A stretch of DNA of 64,000 bases from Sarea resinae (Eukaryota). Of this stretch, positions 22,487-36,808 are shown piece after piece; within the stretch, counting starts at the first letter, position 1; every line of letters begins with the position of its first letter. The DNA is taken from positions 496,001 through 560,000 of the forward strand of contig JAPEUD010000008.1 of NCBI GenBank assembly GCA_026026165.1. Direction: 5' to 3'. The notes below the pieces were generated by a model. It worked only from the letters and a program-made list of their open reading frames with translations, ran no database searches and was not told where the DNA came from. The translations under genes were made by a program, and so were the position numbers.

Positions 22487-24569
22487 ATGGCGGCTATACT
22501 GCCTGAAGGCCAATTACCCTCTCCCAGCCTCCACGATCCCCACCAGAATAACTCGACAAATGCCCCACTAGAGCAACTGTCTTTCAGAACGATGGACCAA
22601 TTACCTCAACAGCTTCCGTCCACCCATCGCCCGAACGGGAGTCGATCTCAAAACAGAATGTCTGGAGAATTTCGACCGCTAAACACCGGCTCCTCTGTGC
22701 TTGGGAACGGGAACGGCCCGATGCCTGTTCCATCGGGAGCGCAAAATGCCATGAGCAATGGACATCTTCGCAGTGTGTCGGGATTGGGAGGTCCCGGGGG
22801 CTTTGATGGACCAAAGAGTCCGCCTGGTACGAAAAGTGAGTATCTCGTCGTGACTGTCGCTCATATATCGAACCTTGCTAAAGCGTCGGAACTGTAGATA
22901 CCTCCCACGTTCCCTGCAAATTCTTCAGACAAGGCGCATGTCAAGCCGGCAAAGCTTGCCCATTCCTTCACTCAAACGATTCGGCCACGGAAACCGCTCC
23001 GTGTAAATACTTTGCCAAGGTAAGCTCTGCATCGACGCTGGAAACTGAGCTCTAGATTCTTATATTACTGGTGGCTAACTCGCCTCGAAGGGAAACTGCA
23101 AATTCGGGGCAAAATGTGCCCTTGCGCATATTCTCCCAGATGGCCGTAGAGTAAACAGACCGAACCTTGCTATGGGCGGAGGCCATCTCAACCTAGGCGG
23201 CCGTGTCAACCCGCAATTATATCACAATCACGAATCTGCTCTGGCTGGCTCTCTCCTCTCTCAGCAAGCGAACGGCAGAGCAGCGTCTGGATTCGGACCC
23301 CAGTACCCATATCCTGTCACGGACGAGTTCACGCCTTTGCAGGGCCAGCCGAACCCCAAGGTCGATATCCCTACCATCGACACTAGCTTCACGGCTTCGC
23401 ACCCCGCTTCAAAGTATGGGTCACCTAGAGATGATGGGCGTTTACCACTATCGCCTGTTGGAAAAGGCCTTAGTGCTCTGGATGCACCACTACCAGCTTC
23501 TTTTGATAGCCAAGGCATTTCGTGGATGGCAAGGCATGGACCTGTGGCGGCTTCTGTCCCGTCGAAGTTTGGCCTCGAATCCCCACCTTCTTCGTTACCA
23601 AACAAATCTACAATTCCAGCGTCTGACGCTCTCCGGACTCTGCACGACTCCGCATTTGGGGATGACACTCGAAATCGATTCAACAGCATTGCATCTTCTC
23701 CACCAGTGGGTAATGATGAGTATTTCAATCAAAGACCCATGCACTCACAGCGATACACGAAGCCGAACATGGTGTCTGCAAGTCTACCAAGAGCCGCGGT
23801 CAATGATGATTGGGACGACAACTTCGCTTTCGAGGAGGATCTAGTTCCTAACAGCTTGCACGAATTGCTGACCCCCCAAGAGAAGATGAGACGATTTTCT
23901 CGAACCGAAGACGACACCTTCGGCCAACGCCAGAGTTTCAGCGGCATCGGCACGCCAGGAGATTCAAGCAGTAAAGTTGGTTCACCAACAACATCGAGTC
24001 CATCCCGCTTCGGGCCCCTCTTCGCCCGCCAGCAAAAGAAAGAAGAGGAGCCAACCTATCCAGTCTCTGGGTTCGGTCACGTCGGTTCGCCCCTTCGAAA
24101 TTCATCCCTCCACCCCGGGGCAAGCCCCAATCTTCGCGCTGTTAGCCGTCCCACATCCGGCGACGTCTCGCCCTACGTCTCGAGCCCTCCGCGCCAATCT
24201 TCCATGTCGATGATATCGCAACAGCTCCAGCGCACTCGCCTCTCTCGGGCAGAGTCCTCCGAAGGTGTGTCCACGCTTCACGCATCCCCGGGCCCAGGAT
24301 CAGCGCGTCACTCGTCCGTCAATCAGACCGGGCGTTTGGATCGCGCTATTTCTTCATCTAGTATCGGAGCCAGTCGTATCGATGAAGAACAGGGCGATTT
24401 CGTCTTCTCGATGGAGGAGGAGGATGAGGGCACTAAGAGGTATAGTGGCGGTTTCAGCAATTATTCGGGTGCTGGGGGCGCGACCATTAGTCGCCAGAAA
24501 AACGGAACCCCGACAAGCGCCAAAGAAGGCAGGGCATTTCTCGAGATGTACAGCAACGAACGCGATTGA
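22487..24569 (+). CDS. LEE1: Tandem CCCH zinc-finger protein, Lee1/Cps3(Scp3) family; 3 exons (22487-22835, 22898-23019, 23091-24569)
   Basis: Spliced NTSHVPCKFFRQGACQAGKACPFLH...PCKYFAK-GNCKFGAKCALAH. Later motifs EEDLVPNSLHELLTPQEKMRR and FVFSMEEE. The start could instead be the second ATG at 22592. Confidence 0.85.
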
Positions 24570-25861
24570 TATATTCATCGTTTGAGTTCCCGCCCGACCA
24601 AGCATTCGAACGGAATTCCGCCGCTTGAAGGGAAAAAAAGCAAAACTGCTCCGTAGCTGATTTTTAGGGCGTTCATCCGGCCGGGAAGACAAGACGAGAC
24701 AAACGAAGCGCAACCAAACGAGCGGAGACGAGCCAAAACGACAAAACAAGACGACCTTCTCACGAATTCACTATCTTCGAGTCGCTGAATCTGTTCTTCT
24801 CAGGAATTGAGTCATCTCGGGACCTTTGAAAAATTTCCACCTTTTATTTTCATTTGTTCTGTCAGAGTTCTTTTCTCTTTCTACAGCATAACACCCAAAA
24901 GTGAAATAGAAAGGGTGGTTGGCTGCTTTGGTTTACTTCGGAATGGGCAAGCAAGCAGAAGGCTAGCTGACAGGTAATTAACAGACATGCGAAGGCACTT
25001 GGGGTTGACTGATCCTTCTCAACCACGAGAGATTTCCCTCGTCTTGTCTTGCCTTATTTTATCTGCCAGCCAATTTACTTCACTTTTAACTTTTTGTTCA
25101 TCATTTTACTTCTTCAGCCATCTTCATTTCGTATCTCTGGAGAGAGTCTAGCTAGCATTTCAAGTCCTTTATCATCAGGCCCATCATCATCATAACCCAT
25201 TTCCTCCTTCAATTCTTACACTGGACCCAGCGCTTTTCCTTCAATTCTACCTCTCTAGTCCGCATCCCATCGTTCTATACACTCACCATTTTCCCCAATG
25301 GCTTTAGCGGTGTTCTTTTTCTTTTGTATCCGCGGTTTCCAATACATGTGCTTGTGCAACCATTTTACTTTTGCTGTGTTGGTAATGGGAGGTCGGCTTT
25401 CCTTTCCCTTTCTTTGCAGGACAATGCCAGATAGTAGGAAGGATAGGCATGATTGGAAAGTAGCACCACCCGAAGAAGTGGAGTAGGAGTTGACCACGCT
25501 TGGTGTGTGCGAGGGAGAAAGAAGGGGGAAAGTGGTGTAGATAGAAGATGAAAGAAATGATACCTTGGCTTTACCTTCGCTTTACTTATCATTATCGTAC
25601 ACCGCCTGCAAACATGATTGCGAATCTGAAGGTCTATTGTCTGTCGTCATGCGCCATCATCTTGGGTGTTCAGCAAGACCAGACCCTCCACCAAATGGGA
25701 AAGCCTCCAGATAAGGCACGAGTCTGCGATGCTCGCGAGCGTCCAGCGAGACCAGCATCCCGAAGTGCGCTTTTACTTCCTATCCGGAGGACAAGGCAAA
25801 CCATTTCAATCATTGAGATGTATTCCCAATCCGGGTCACGGCCAACCTTCTCCCTATCTCG

Positions 25862-27091
25862 CTACCGATGTCCCACTCCCTGTGGTTGTAGCCGTCTCTT
25901 GAATTCGTCAATCCCCCTGCCCACGCCCTCGGGACTAGGACTCTCGGCACAGACGTCGGGGTGAAAGCCGAATTTCTTGATTAGATAGTCTCGGGTCGTG
26001 GGACCAATGGTCGCGATACGTGTCTGTCTTCTCCGAGTATCCGAGGTGGTGCTCTGGGTGTTTTGCGGGTCGGGTTGGAAGGCGCGGCCGGTCGACGGGT
26101 CCAAGAGACCGAGGGCGTGCAGGAGAGTGTCGCAGCCGGTGGGCGAGAAGACGACGATCCAGTTTGGATGCGGAGGGGGAGTGGATGTTTGTGTTTGTTT
26201 TTGCGGCTGTGGCGGTGTCCTACAGGGAGTGGATGGGTAACCGCATTCCTTCCGCAATAGACGCGTAAGGTCCGTCTCGAAGGATGCCATAGTGCCTGTG
26301 GCGTAGACAACTAGTTCCTTCAGATCTATTCGACGGCGTGCTTGGTCTTCACCTTCTGCCGACGGGGGCGAGTCCAGGGTCTTGGGTATGATATCCCTCC
26401 GTTGCTCTCCCGTGAGGAAGAGAAGTGGTGGTTTATCCCTCTTCGCCCACCTTTCCTCTCCTGCGCTCTCGGTGCCGGAGTAAAGGTTATTGTAGTGTTC
26501 GAGGATGAAATGCGCCAGGTTCTCCCCGTTCCCTGTTTCGGAGCCTAGAATGTTGCTTTCTGGGACATGTAAGAGAGGAGCTAGGGCTCGGAGAGCGCGG
26601 GAGGTCGCAGGGCCGACGGTGTAGAGGGGCGTCGTTTGCGTGAGGAGTCGTCGGTGGCCCCCTTCTTGGTTTTCGGCGACTAATTGCTCGACGACCTGTG
26701 TGAAGGCTTCGACGGCGCGCTGAGAGGTGAAGATGAGACCGCCGTATTGCTCGTTGCGCTTCCTCCCGTTTCCGTCCCCATATCCTAGTCTCTCTTCTTC
26801 GCCTTCATCGCCGTGGCCTGCATCTAATCCGCCCACACTGCCAGCCGCGCCCAGGAACGCCCCGGATATGAGCCATTGTCTGACGCGTTCCAGCGCCTCG
26901 TCATCGAAGCGGTGTTCTAGCACCGGCACGAAATGCGGCCTGAATGATATCGCTGCGCCGGCGTGTAAGCCATCAGTGGAGTTGCTAGCCGGGAGGATCG
27001 TCGAGGAGAAATATTCCTCGTAAGCGTCCGTGGGACTGGACTTGGTTTTGAGGAGCAGGATTGGGATCGCGGTGGTGTTGCCGTCGCTCAT
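25862..27091 (-). CDS. HEM4: Uroporphyrinogen-III synthase; intronless
   Basis: PILLLKTKSSPTDAYEEYF, GGLIFTSQRAVEAF, YTVGPAT, GNGENLA, LLFLTGEQRRDIIP, WIVVFSPTG, IATIGPTTRDYL. First in-frame ATG at 27091. Confidence 0.93.
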   Translation of the reverse strand: MSDGNTTAIPILLLKTKSSPTDAYEEYFSSTILPASNSTDGLHAGAAISFRPHFVPVLEHRFDDEALERVRQWLISGAFLGAAGSVGGLDAGHGDEGEEERLGYGDGNGRKRNEQYGGLIFTSQRAVEAFTQVVEQLVAENQEGGHRRLLTQTTPLYTVGPATSRALRALAPLLHVPESNILGSETGNGENLAHFILEHYNNLYSGTESAGEERWAKRDKPPLLFLTGEQRRDIIPKTLDSPPSAEGEDQARRRIDLKELVVYATGTMASFETDLTRLLRKECGYPSTPCRTPPQPQKQTQTSTPPPHPNWIVVFSPTGCDTLLHALGLLDPSTGRAFQPDPQNTQSTTSDTRRRQTRIATIGPTTRDYLIKKFGFHPDVCAESPSPEGVGRGIDEFKRRLQPQGVGHR

Positions 27092-27406
27092 GATGTGGTA
27101 GAGGTGGGTAAGTCGAGGAGGACAAGAGCATAGCTCCCCATGTTGTACGATGTGACTTCGTACTCGGCTCGAGCCGAACCTCTTCCATGCCGATCCGATT
27201 TCTGGAATCTGCAAGTCTAGCCACTCTCAGTAGGTAGGCATGATGACGGATGGATGGAAATCTCCGGCGCAGCCCTCAAACAGATATGTAATCAACCATG
27301 ACCATTTCGTGAGCCCAGCAAATATCTCTCCACCCGTCCTCTGTCCAGCCACCCGTCATCAAACCTCCAAGCAACTCAGTCCATTATCGACAAAGCAGAG
27401 AACAAA

Positions 27407-28269
27407 ATGGCCGAAATCCTCTCCGAGCAGGTCGAGGAGACCGAACACCGCCTGCGCCGTGAAGAAGCTGCCGCTCGTCGACGCGAAGCGCAAAAGCTCC
27501 AGAATCTCACTCGGATGGCATACGGCGATTCTGCCGGGGACAAAAAGACGTCCGCATACAGCTCGCATGAGGCCGGGAACGGAGACAAGGCTGAGGGAGA
27601 AGAGACGAAGCCGAAGCGATTGCTAAAGGGCGTGGTGTTGGGCAAGGATGGGAAACCGTAAGTGTTTGGCTCTTCTCATGTCATGGAACGGGAAAGCAAT
27701 GCGTGTTTGATACCGCGACGGCAGGAGCAACTTCTCCAATCATTTCAATTTGAAGTGGGTGGATGGATAGCTAACATCTATATCTGTCTTGGCACAAAAG
27801 ATGCCGATCCTGCACCTCGATAGCCTCATGGGCGGCCCTCACAAAAAAGAAACTTGCCGCCGACGAAGCTTCGTCCCAGTCCACCCCTACTACTACATCT
27901 ACTGTCCCCATAACCATGCCGGCAGATTGTCCGCCCGACGTCGAAGCCCTAGGGCGCTCTTCCTGGACTCTCCTACACTCCATAACTGCGACATACCCCG
28001 AGCGAGCCACCCCAACACAACAAACCGAAATGCGACAGTTCCTCTCCCTCTTTACCAAGCTATACCCATGCTGGGTTTGTGGCGAGGAGTTCGCCGCTTG
28101 GATGAGCAAGAAGAAAAACGAGCCTCCGGTGGAAGGGAGAGATGGGCTAGGCGACTGGATGTGCAGGGCGCATAACGCGGTGAATAAGAAGTTGGGGAAG
28201 CCAGAGTTTGATTGTGCCAAGTGGCAGGAGAGGTGGAGGACGGGTTGGAAGGATGGACGATGCGATTAA
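27407..28269 (+). CDS. ERV1: Mitochondrial FAD-linked sulfhydryl oxidase Erv1; 2 exons (27407-27657, 27801-28269)
   Basis: Shuttle motif GKDGKP-CRSC, DCPPDVEALGRSSWTLLH, redox centre YPCWVC, WMCRAHNAVNKKLGKPEFDC. Confidence 0.96.
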
Positions 28270-28826
28270 CTTTGAGGTAGATGCATTTTTGCAGACCCCT
28301 ACCGATTGAGATCTTCTGAGTGTTGCATCTGGATGGGAGTTTACAATGATCTAGGCTTTGGCATGGTTTCCCCTGGGTTTTGAATCCTTGTACCAATACT
28401 ATAGATACTATGTAAATTAGGACACACCTCCCGACTCATGACTGGTGGGTCGACTGGCATGGCGTGGCATAGCGTATCACTCCTGTAATACCATCACTCA
28501 CCTCTACCATCAAAACAGCTCAGAAGAGCAAGACATCAAATCGTACACGATAGACTTCAATGTTTGAATGCCTAAGATCCTGCATACATCCCAAGTCGAA
28601 CAGAGTAGAAAACAAAACGGAAAGCGAAAGGACTGAACACCAGAGACGCATGCTGTACCAAACTGGTGGCGTCAATCCCAGATCCTACCTCTTGCGGGGT
28701 TCCCTGACTACCTAAGCTTGCCGATCTCTTTCCCCTATATCCAGGCCGTTTCAATTCGAGGACGCTTGCTTGCTTGCTACATATGCGCTCTGCACTCGCA
28801 CAAGGATGATCGCTACTCGATAATAA

Positions 28827-30116
<1,290 letters not shown>

Positions 30117-31760
30117 GATGCTGGTATTTCGGATGTAAATTTCGATGAGATTGTGGTGGCGATGAAAAACGGCTCAATGGATGAGCTGAAATGCGAACAA
30201 AGATTCAAGAAATGGAGGGGCTGGGTATGTTCAGTCGTAGGATTAGATGGTGAATATCGTGACTAGATTTCGTTTCTCTATTACCGTTAGTTATTGTACT
30301 GGCTTCGTCTTGGTTTGACAATAGGATGCGAGCTCTTGCGTATAAGAGTGGTAACAATTTGCAGTGAATACTTTCAGGGTTGCGAGGTGATTGCCAGAGG
30401 AGACAGACAAGCTTCGAAAACAAGGAAGAATGACCGGATGCACTCGAGATCTTTTGCAAGGCGTCTGTAAAAGAAGAAGAAGCACAATTGAACACACCAG
30501 CTACTTGCCACATATGATGAGAGAAAAAGGTCCGAAGGTCTCTTTATTGTGCAAATCTGAAATGAAAGTGGACATACCGTGGCTCGCTCAAACGTGAATG
30601 AAAATGCCGGTAGACGAACCGCAAGCTTCGAGTAGAGACAACGAAGGCTTCTAGAAGCGGCCCAAGTGGCCGAGGTCTCAATTTAGGTCTCTCGAGGGAA
30701 AGTGGCTGAGCTTGCAAGCTGCTGCAAGGGAGGAGGTTGGCCGTTGGTTCTTTCAGGTATCACCTCCTTTGTCTGATAATACGGAAGGTCCAAACAAACA
30801 GGCCCGATCGAGGTATCGAAGAAAATCAGTATGCAGCCAGCCGCGCTATGTGTGTCTGGGTGTCGCAAATGTCGGAAGGGATGACAAAGAGTAAAGTATG
30901 AAGGTCCTGTTGGAAGAGGGTGAATGCCCAGGGCATTCGGTGATAATGTCGGTTTGCGGTATGCGGGGTACGAAAGGCTCAAATGACTACTCCAAAGAGA
31001 AGGAAGGTTAGCACGCGGACACACCTCCAAGGCGAGCAAGAGCAACGAGGAAAGCTTACCAGAAAGGCTCCGCGCTCCTTGAGTCGAGAGATCAGAGCAG
31101 CTCGATGGTACCTGCGTCTGTGTCAGGAGTGTTGGCCGCCTAAAACTTTGCCGTGCATTGGTTGGCTCTCTCTCAATGATGATTGGGGTCGTACCACGTG
31201 GGGGAGGGGGAAGATCGTGTGAAGGCGGGCGCTTAGAGTTGGCGAGGACGGAAACGGAGAAGAAGATGGGCGTCTGTGTAGTGGAACGGCGGAGGCGATT
31301 CAAGATGTTGAGAGCCTCACGAGCCTCGACGGAAATGAAGATGAAGCTGTGATTACTGTATCCACGGCGGCCAGCGAGTGAGGGACGGAGGGTTGGCAGG
31401 CTGGGGATGAGAGGATTGGCGATAATTCATCTCAGTCAATGGATCCGTAAGGTAGTCAATCACACCCAGTGAGTGAGTGGTAAGGTAGTAGGGAAGGTGA
31501 GTAAAGGCCCGGGTACACTACTGCTACTTCTGAGTCCTGAGTGCCCGACGATGGGGGATTGAAGACCTGCTGATAGCTTCTCGTTCAGTCTTTAGCTACC
31601 GTCTTTGCAGGAGATACAAGCCATCTACAGTCGATCATTGGCTTGAAGGGGGATTGCATTGATCGAATTAGGATGATTTGTGATGAGATGGCCTGGGACG
31701 ACGTGCATGAGGTACCACACACTGCACATATCACCACCACCGTCCACTGGCGGTCCACCA

Positions 31761-31793
31761 CCCACTGCCCACTGCCCACTGCCTACTGCCCAC
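31761..31793. repeat. 7-bp tandem repeat (CCCACTG)x~4.5 in a CCA-rich tract
   Basis: cccactg cccactg cccactg cctactg cccac read directly. Confidence 0.85.
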
Positions 31794-32978
31794 CATCACC
31801 ACCCACCACCACCACCAGCAATTGATGCTACGACGACTGCGTAGAGCCTTCGTACTTTCTTCGCGTCTCACGGTACCCAGGTACCTGACGATTGTGAAGC
31901 GTCTCCGGAGAGCTGGAGGCCAGAGAAGAAGACTGCTGGACACGGCTTTGTCTCTCGTCTCTCTCGTGTAAGGTAAGGTACGACGTTACCTACCTACGCA
32001 GCAGAGTATGAGTACTCACTCTACTATGTACGGTCAAGTGTCAAGCAAGCCCTGCCGCAAGTCGCAGTCCGTGTTGCCGTCAGGAACCCCTCATCATTCA
32101 GGGCTACTACTACTCTACTACCTAGGTGTGTACGAGTGAGGGACGGATGGAAGTACCGAGCACCACACAGTACTAGTCGCTAGCCCGCTGACATGCAAGT
32201 ACCTGTACTGCCGATAGACAGTAGATGCGGCTCATACGTCCGTACCGTGACCGCCGTCGCCCGGGGAGAGCCGAGGCGAACCCCTCCTTCGCTCGGCCAG
32301 TAAACCTATCAGAGCATGGTGTCGTCGTTCAGGCGAGGTACGGTGTCTGGTAAGCGCCCGAGGCCCGCCCAAGGCTTGAAGATGGAACGGCGGCATCTTC
32401 CGTCAGGCTCCCAGATTAAGGGACAGAGAGTAATTCCGGTGCACGAGTAGGGCTATTGTTAGAGGCATTGTGTACGAAGTGAATAGAAGCAGCCCGGCGT
32501 CGACCCCTCTAGGGCTGAGCACGAAAGAGATCGCCCATGTGCAGTTGTGGCACGGCTGTAACGGCTTTTAGGTTCGCTCTTGGCGCCTGTGTGGGATGTC
32601 AGTCAATGTTTCACGACCTTAGCGTGGCCAATCTGCTCTGGGAGAGTCGCATGAATGGCAAGTCCTCTGTAGCATGTTTGAGGCTAGGCATTGCTTGTCC
32701 CAACCAGGAGGCTTGAGCCTCCTTACGCCACCTACAATAGGGTGGCCGGAGAGGTGGAGACCCGGCCAAAGGCCGAGATGAAACAGCTCCGTCCCGTTTG
32801 AGGCCTCTACAGACCCTCGTCAACAAGCTACAGCGATTTGCCATTTCTGCCCCGACATCTGAAATCAATTCATGGAATTTCCTAGCGCCTCTTCTTTAGT
32901 AGTAGGCAGTTTTACATGGAAGGTGCCGCTAGAAACATCACAGCATCATCATCGAAATAAGAGCACATCTCCAAGCCA

Positions 32979-35900
32979 TCATTGCACCACCTGCAACTGC
33001 TCGTCAGCCATTCCGCCTTGAATTCACGTCTTCTGAGAAGCCCAGTAGTCTCAGCTCACCTTTTCTCTTAAGGACCCCATCCATTGCGCTAAGCTGACTC
33101 CTTGATCGGCCCGGTCCTCGACTAGCATCGTCTGCGCCCACAGCTTCAGGCTCGGCTCTCCGTCCTCGCGAACGACGTATAGAGGAGGCACCACGATGCT
33201 ACCCACACCCTTGGCTTTGTGGTCTTTGCTCTTGTCAACCACGGCTCTGACTCGTTCGTTGAAATCGTTCTCTAATACTGGAAGAGAAGTTTTCCCCTGT
33301 TTCACCTGGGTTTTATCTGGCACGCCAAATACGTCATTGACGAGTTGTGGCACAGCATCTCGACCGACCCAGAGGAATTGAGTTTGACCATCATCAATGA
33401 GATATAGGCCATAAGAGACCAGGCGCTCCGAGGAAAGATTGGAAGGTGCCGGCAGGACGATTTCGCCGGTGTTCTCGTCCGGGAGACCTGCATTATCAGG
33501 CATATCGTGTAGCGAATAGAGTCGTGGGTATATATATTGCATCATCTGAGGAAGCGGAAGACTTGAGAGTAAGCAAAGAGCGGCAGAGCGCAGGTCGCTA
33601 GGAATCTGAGCGGATTTCCGAAGGCCAAGCTGTCAAATGTTAGCTGGTATTATACGGACAAGACGGGGCTTATCTTACATTTTTCATCAGTCCCAGAAAG
33701 AGCACTGGAAGAGCTCTCAGGTTAGCAGGAAATTGTAGTCCACCACCACCAATATTTCCTCCCGCCAACTCTTTTCGGTAGGTTTGCAATAATTCAATTA
33801 GCTTCGATTGCAAAGCATCTCTAGATGCTTCTAGGCCGCTGCTCAGCGCTCTCTCAACTGCCTTATGACTGAAATACTCCGTGATGGCCATCTGGTCAGC
33901 GGAGGCGTAAACGTCTGCTAGGCTTTGGGTTGTTGGAAGAGAGAGCGTCATGACCCGAATTCTCCGTTCGCCGTTACATGTGGTGTGGAGAACCGCTGTT
34001 TGCAAGCAAACAAATTGTTTGGTGAGGGTCTCGTCAATGGCCACTTCGACAACATAGCTCTGATCTCGAGGGAAAGCCGGGAAAGCGCAGAGATCTGAAC
34101 TTCGATTAAAGAAGTTTCCATAGAAAGAGCTCATTCGTAATCCGCTTGTTGCCCGAACACGAAGGACTGCCTCCAACCCAATTTCAGCCGACAGGTAATC
34201 GCTAAACTCTCTCGCAAATTTGATCGCGTCTTCGCTTCTTGCTGCATTCCACGCCGGATAAAAGTATGTCTGTCCTCCTGTGTACCTTGGCAAATTGCTC
34301 AAGGAAGCTACGTCCTGGTACTGTGAAGAGAAGAGGAACATGTCAATGGAGACTTGGTTCTTCGAACACTCCACAGCAAAGCTTTTGTAGAAGCTGTTTC
34401 CTGTTTGTAGAAGACTGCCCTCTTTGCTAGTCCCCAACAGCTTCTTGTCTTCTCTCATCTCAAGCTTTCCAGTGCCAAGATTTGGCAGGGTTGCAGTCAA
34501 GACTGTTATTTTGCCACCGACGGGAGAAATGAGTTTATGACCTGCCCGAAGAGCGGAGCCCATGCATGAACCTCCATTCTGCGTATTCTGGAACATTTCT
34601 TGAAGCTTGCTCAAGAAATTCTCGATGTTTTCTCTGCATTCTGCCAATGTAACGAGAAGGTCCCCTGGAGTCGGCAGAAATGGCTCGTCTAAGTCGCTGA
34701 CTACGAGCATGCTTGTCTCCCCATTCTCAGACCCGTCTCGGGGAATCGAAAAGTAATGCAGGCTCGAGTCTACAGCCATGAAACCTAGGCGGGTCCTCCG
34801 ATCGGCGTTTGGTATCCGGTCAAGGCTCTCCAAGATGCACCGAGCGCTAGTTGCAAGTAGCCCACTGGTGACAGCGGCGTAGCTGACGTCGAAGACGAAC
34901 AGGTATACAAGAGGCTGAGGCGGCCGGACCATATACTCTTGTGGGGCGACGAACTCAACGACAGCATGATTGAGTTCTGGCCGCTGCCAGCGATCGACAC
35001 TCTTCTGTGCGGCCGCGTCCCAGTCAAAGGCTTGCGGAACATCGTTTGTGAGATTGCACATATTGCATCTCCACCGATGCCCATGATCGAGGAAAGACGC
35101 GAAGGGGTTGATGTAGGAACGACAGCGTCGACACCGAGAAATGACCTGATCTGGGACCACGGGAACAGGATCCTCGACATCATGGAGGGCTCCGTATGGC
35201 TGTATGACAAGCGCTAACGGAAGGCGAGACTTTTTCAGCAGCGAATGTGTTGTCGGAACAGCGTTGAGTGTAGATCGCACATATTTTGGTGGACAATTAG
35301 CGTTGGGGGATGGAGTAACACTCGACTAAACGCGATTAGAATACTGAAACCTTCGGAGATAATCTGCTACTCACATTAGGTGGAAGGATTGCCGGTGGTG
35401 GAGGAAGGTCCAACTCAGAGACATTGAAAGGCTGGCTTAGAAGATCCGTGGGGTAGAGCTGGTTGAGAACTTGTGGTCGCTGCTGGGACGATGATGCTGG
35501 CGGCGTTTGCTGCTGCCCACCCATACCCATCTGTCCAAATTGCTGGGTTAAACCACCTAAGCCGCTCATCATTCCCGTGGCTGCAGGCTGAGCCGGGTAA
35601 ACAGGCGCTGGTGGCTGATATCCCCCCACTGTAGCGGGCTGCCCATAAGGTGGCGCTGCTACTGGTACAGGTGAACCTTGGTCCACGCCATATATCGGTT
35701 GCTGATATTCAGGGTGCGGAGGGAGTTGGGGCTGAAGAGGGTATCCAGCGGCTGGCGCTCCAGCATATGCTCCGCCAGCCGGTTGCTGTCCCCCTAAAGC
35801 TGAGTTCGCACCAGCACCGAACTCGTACGCCTGGCCAGCGTATGCGCGTTTCTTGCGAGCCGCTGCATGAGGTGCCTGTGCGGCCCCTTGGCCATCAAAG

Positions 35901-35998
35901 CCAGCTGGTGGAGATTGTTCGTATGGTTGAGGCGATCCATTATAAGGATCTTGTTCTGGGTAGCCTTGAGGTGGATACCCTGGCTGAGGAGTCGACAT
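32979..35998 (-). CDS. SEC24: COPII coat subunit Sec24; 4 exons
   Basis: Pro/Gln-rich N-terminus, zinc finger [12 protein letters not shown]...WRCNMC, trunk [19 protein letters not shown], gelsolin-like YPRLYSLH and LVEDR. Final exon gives ...REK-VVQ*. Confidence 0.97.
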
Positions 35999-36808
35999 AT
36001 CGAAGGTCGATCGGTCGACCTCAGCAATCAGCTGATGGAGGAGAATAACACAAGATCAAAACAGCCACCTGCGCTACGAAGCTACTCCAGCAAGTAGAGG
36101 GGCGTATGGAGAGGAAGTAGATCTCCTAATCGGGGGAGAAATGGGGGGAATGATCGTGCCCTCGTTGCTGAGCAGGGACAGTCAGTGAGTGATTGGGCCG
36201 TAGCGACGGAATCAAGGACCTCCAGGAGACCAAGACCGAGATGAGGGTCACCACTTACCTCAATGACGGAAGACACAATTGCAACTATGGACACTGGGGG
36301 TGAGATAATAGGAAATGGTGGGTGTGGGAGCTGGCAAGCCAGGTATGAGGGCATGAGGTTACGAGGTACAGACGGGATATGTGCGAATGCGTACCGTGTA
36401 CTTTCCAGGAGAGTTGGCCAATCAAATGCAGCAAAGGGTAGCGAGACCTTACTAAGTTCGACCAGGACAGAACCCCTCGCGCCTCCATCGCACGCACCTT
36501 GACACTTGACAGCCCGAGCCCGGGTAACACTCAGCGATCACCGTCCTAGCCATGTATGTACGAACTACTCGACGACTTCAACTTCCGAAAGAGAGCAATC
36601 TTCACGATGTCACACAAGCGTATGTTTGATTCGATTGGATTGGTATGGATTCTTCTCAAAGAGGTCTAGATATTTTCGTACTCCGGAGAAAGCATCCCAG
36701 ATGCAGCAGGAAAGGCCGATTTTCAAACGGGAACAAAGAGGAGCAAAGGGCAGAAATGAGATCTTGCACGAAATTCAGTTGCTTCAGTTATAGGAATATG
36801 GCACGACT

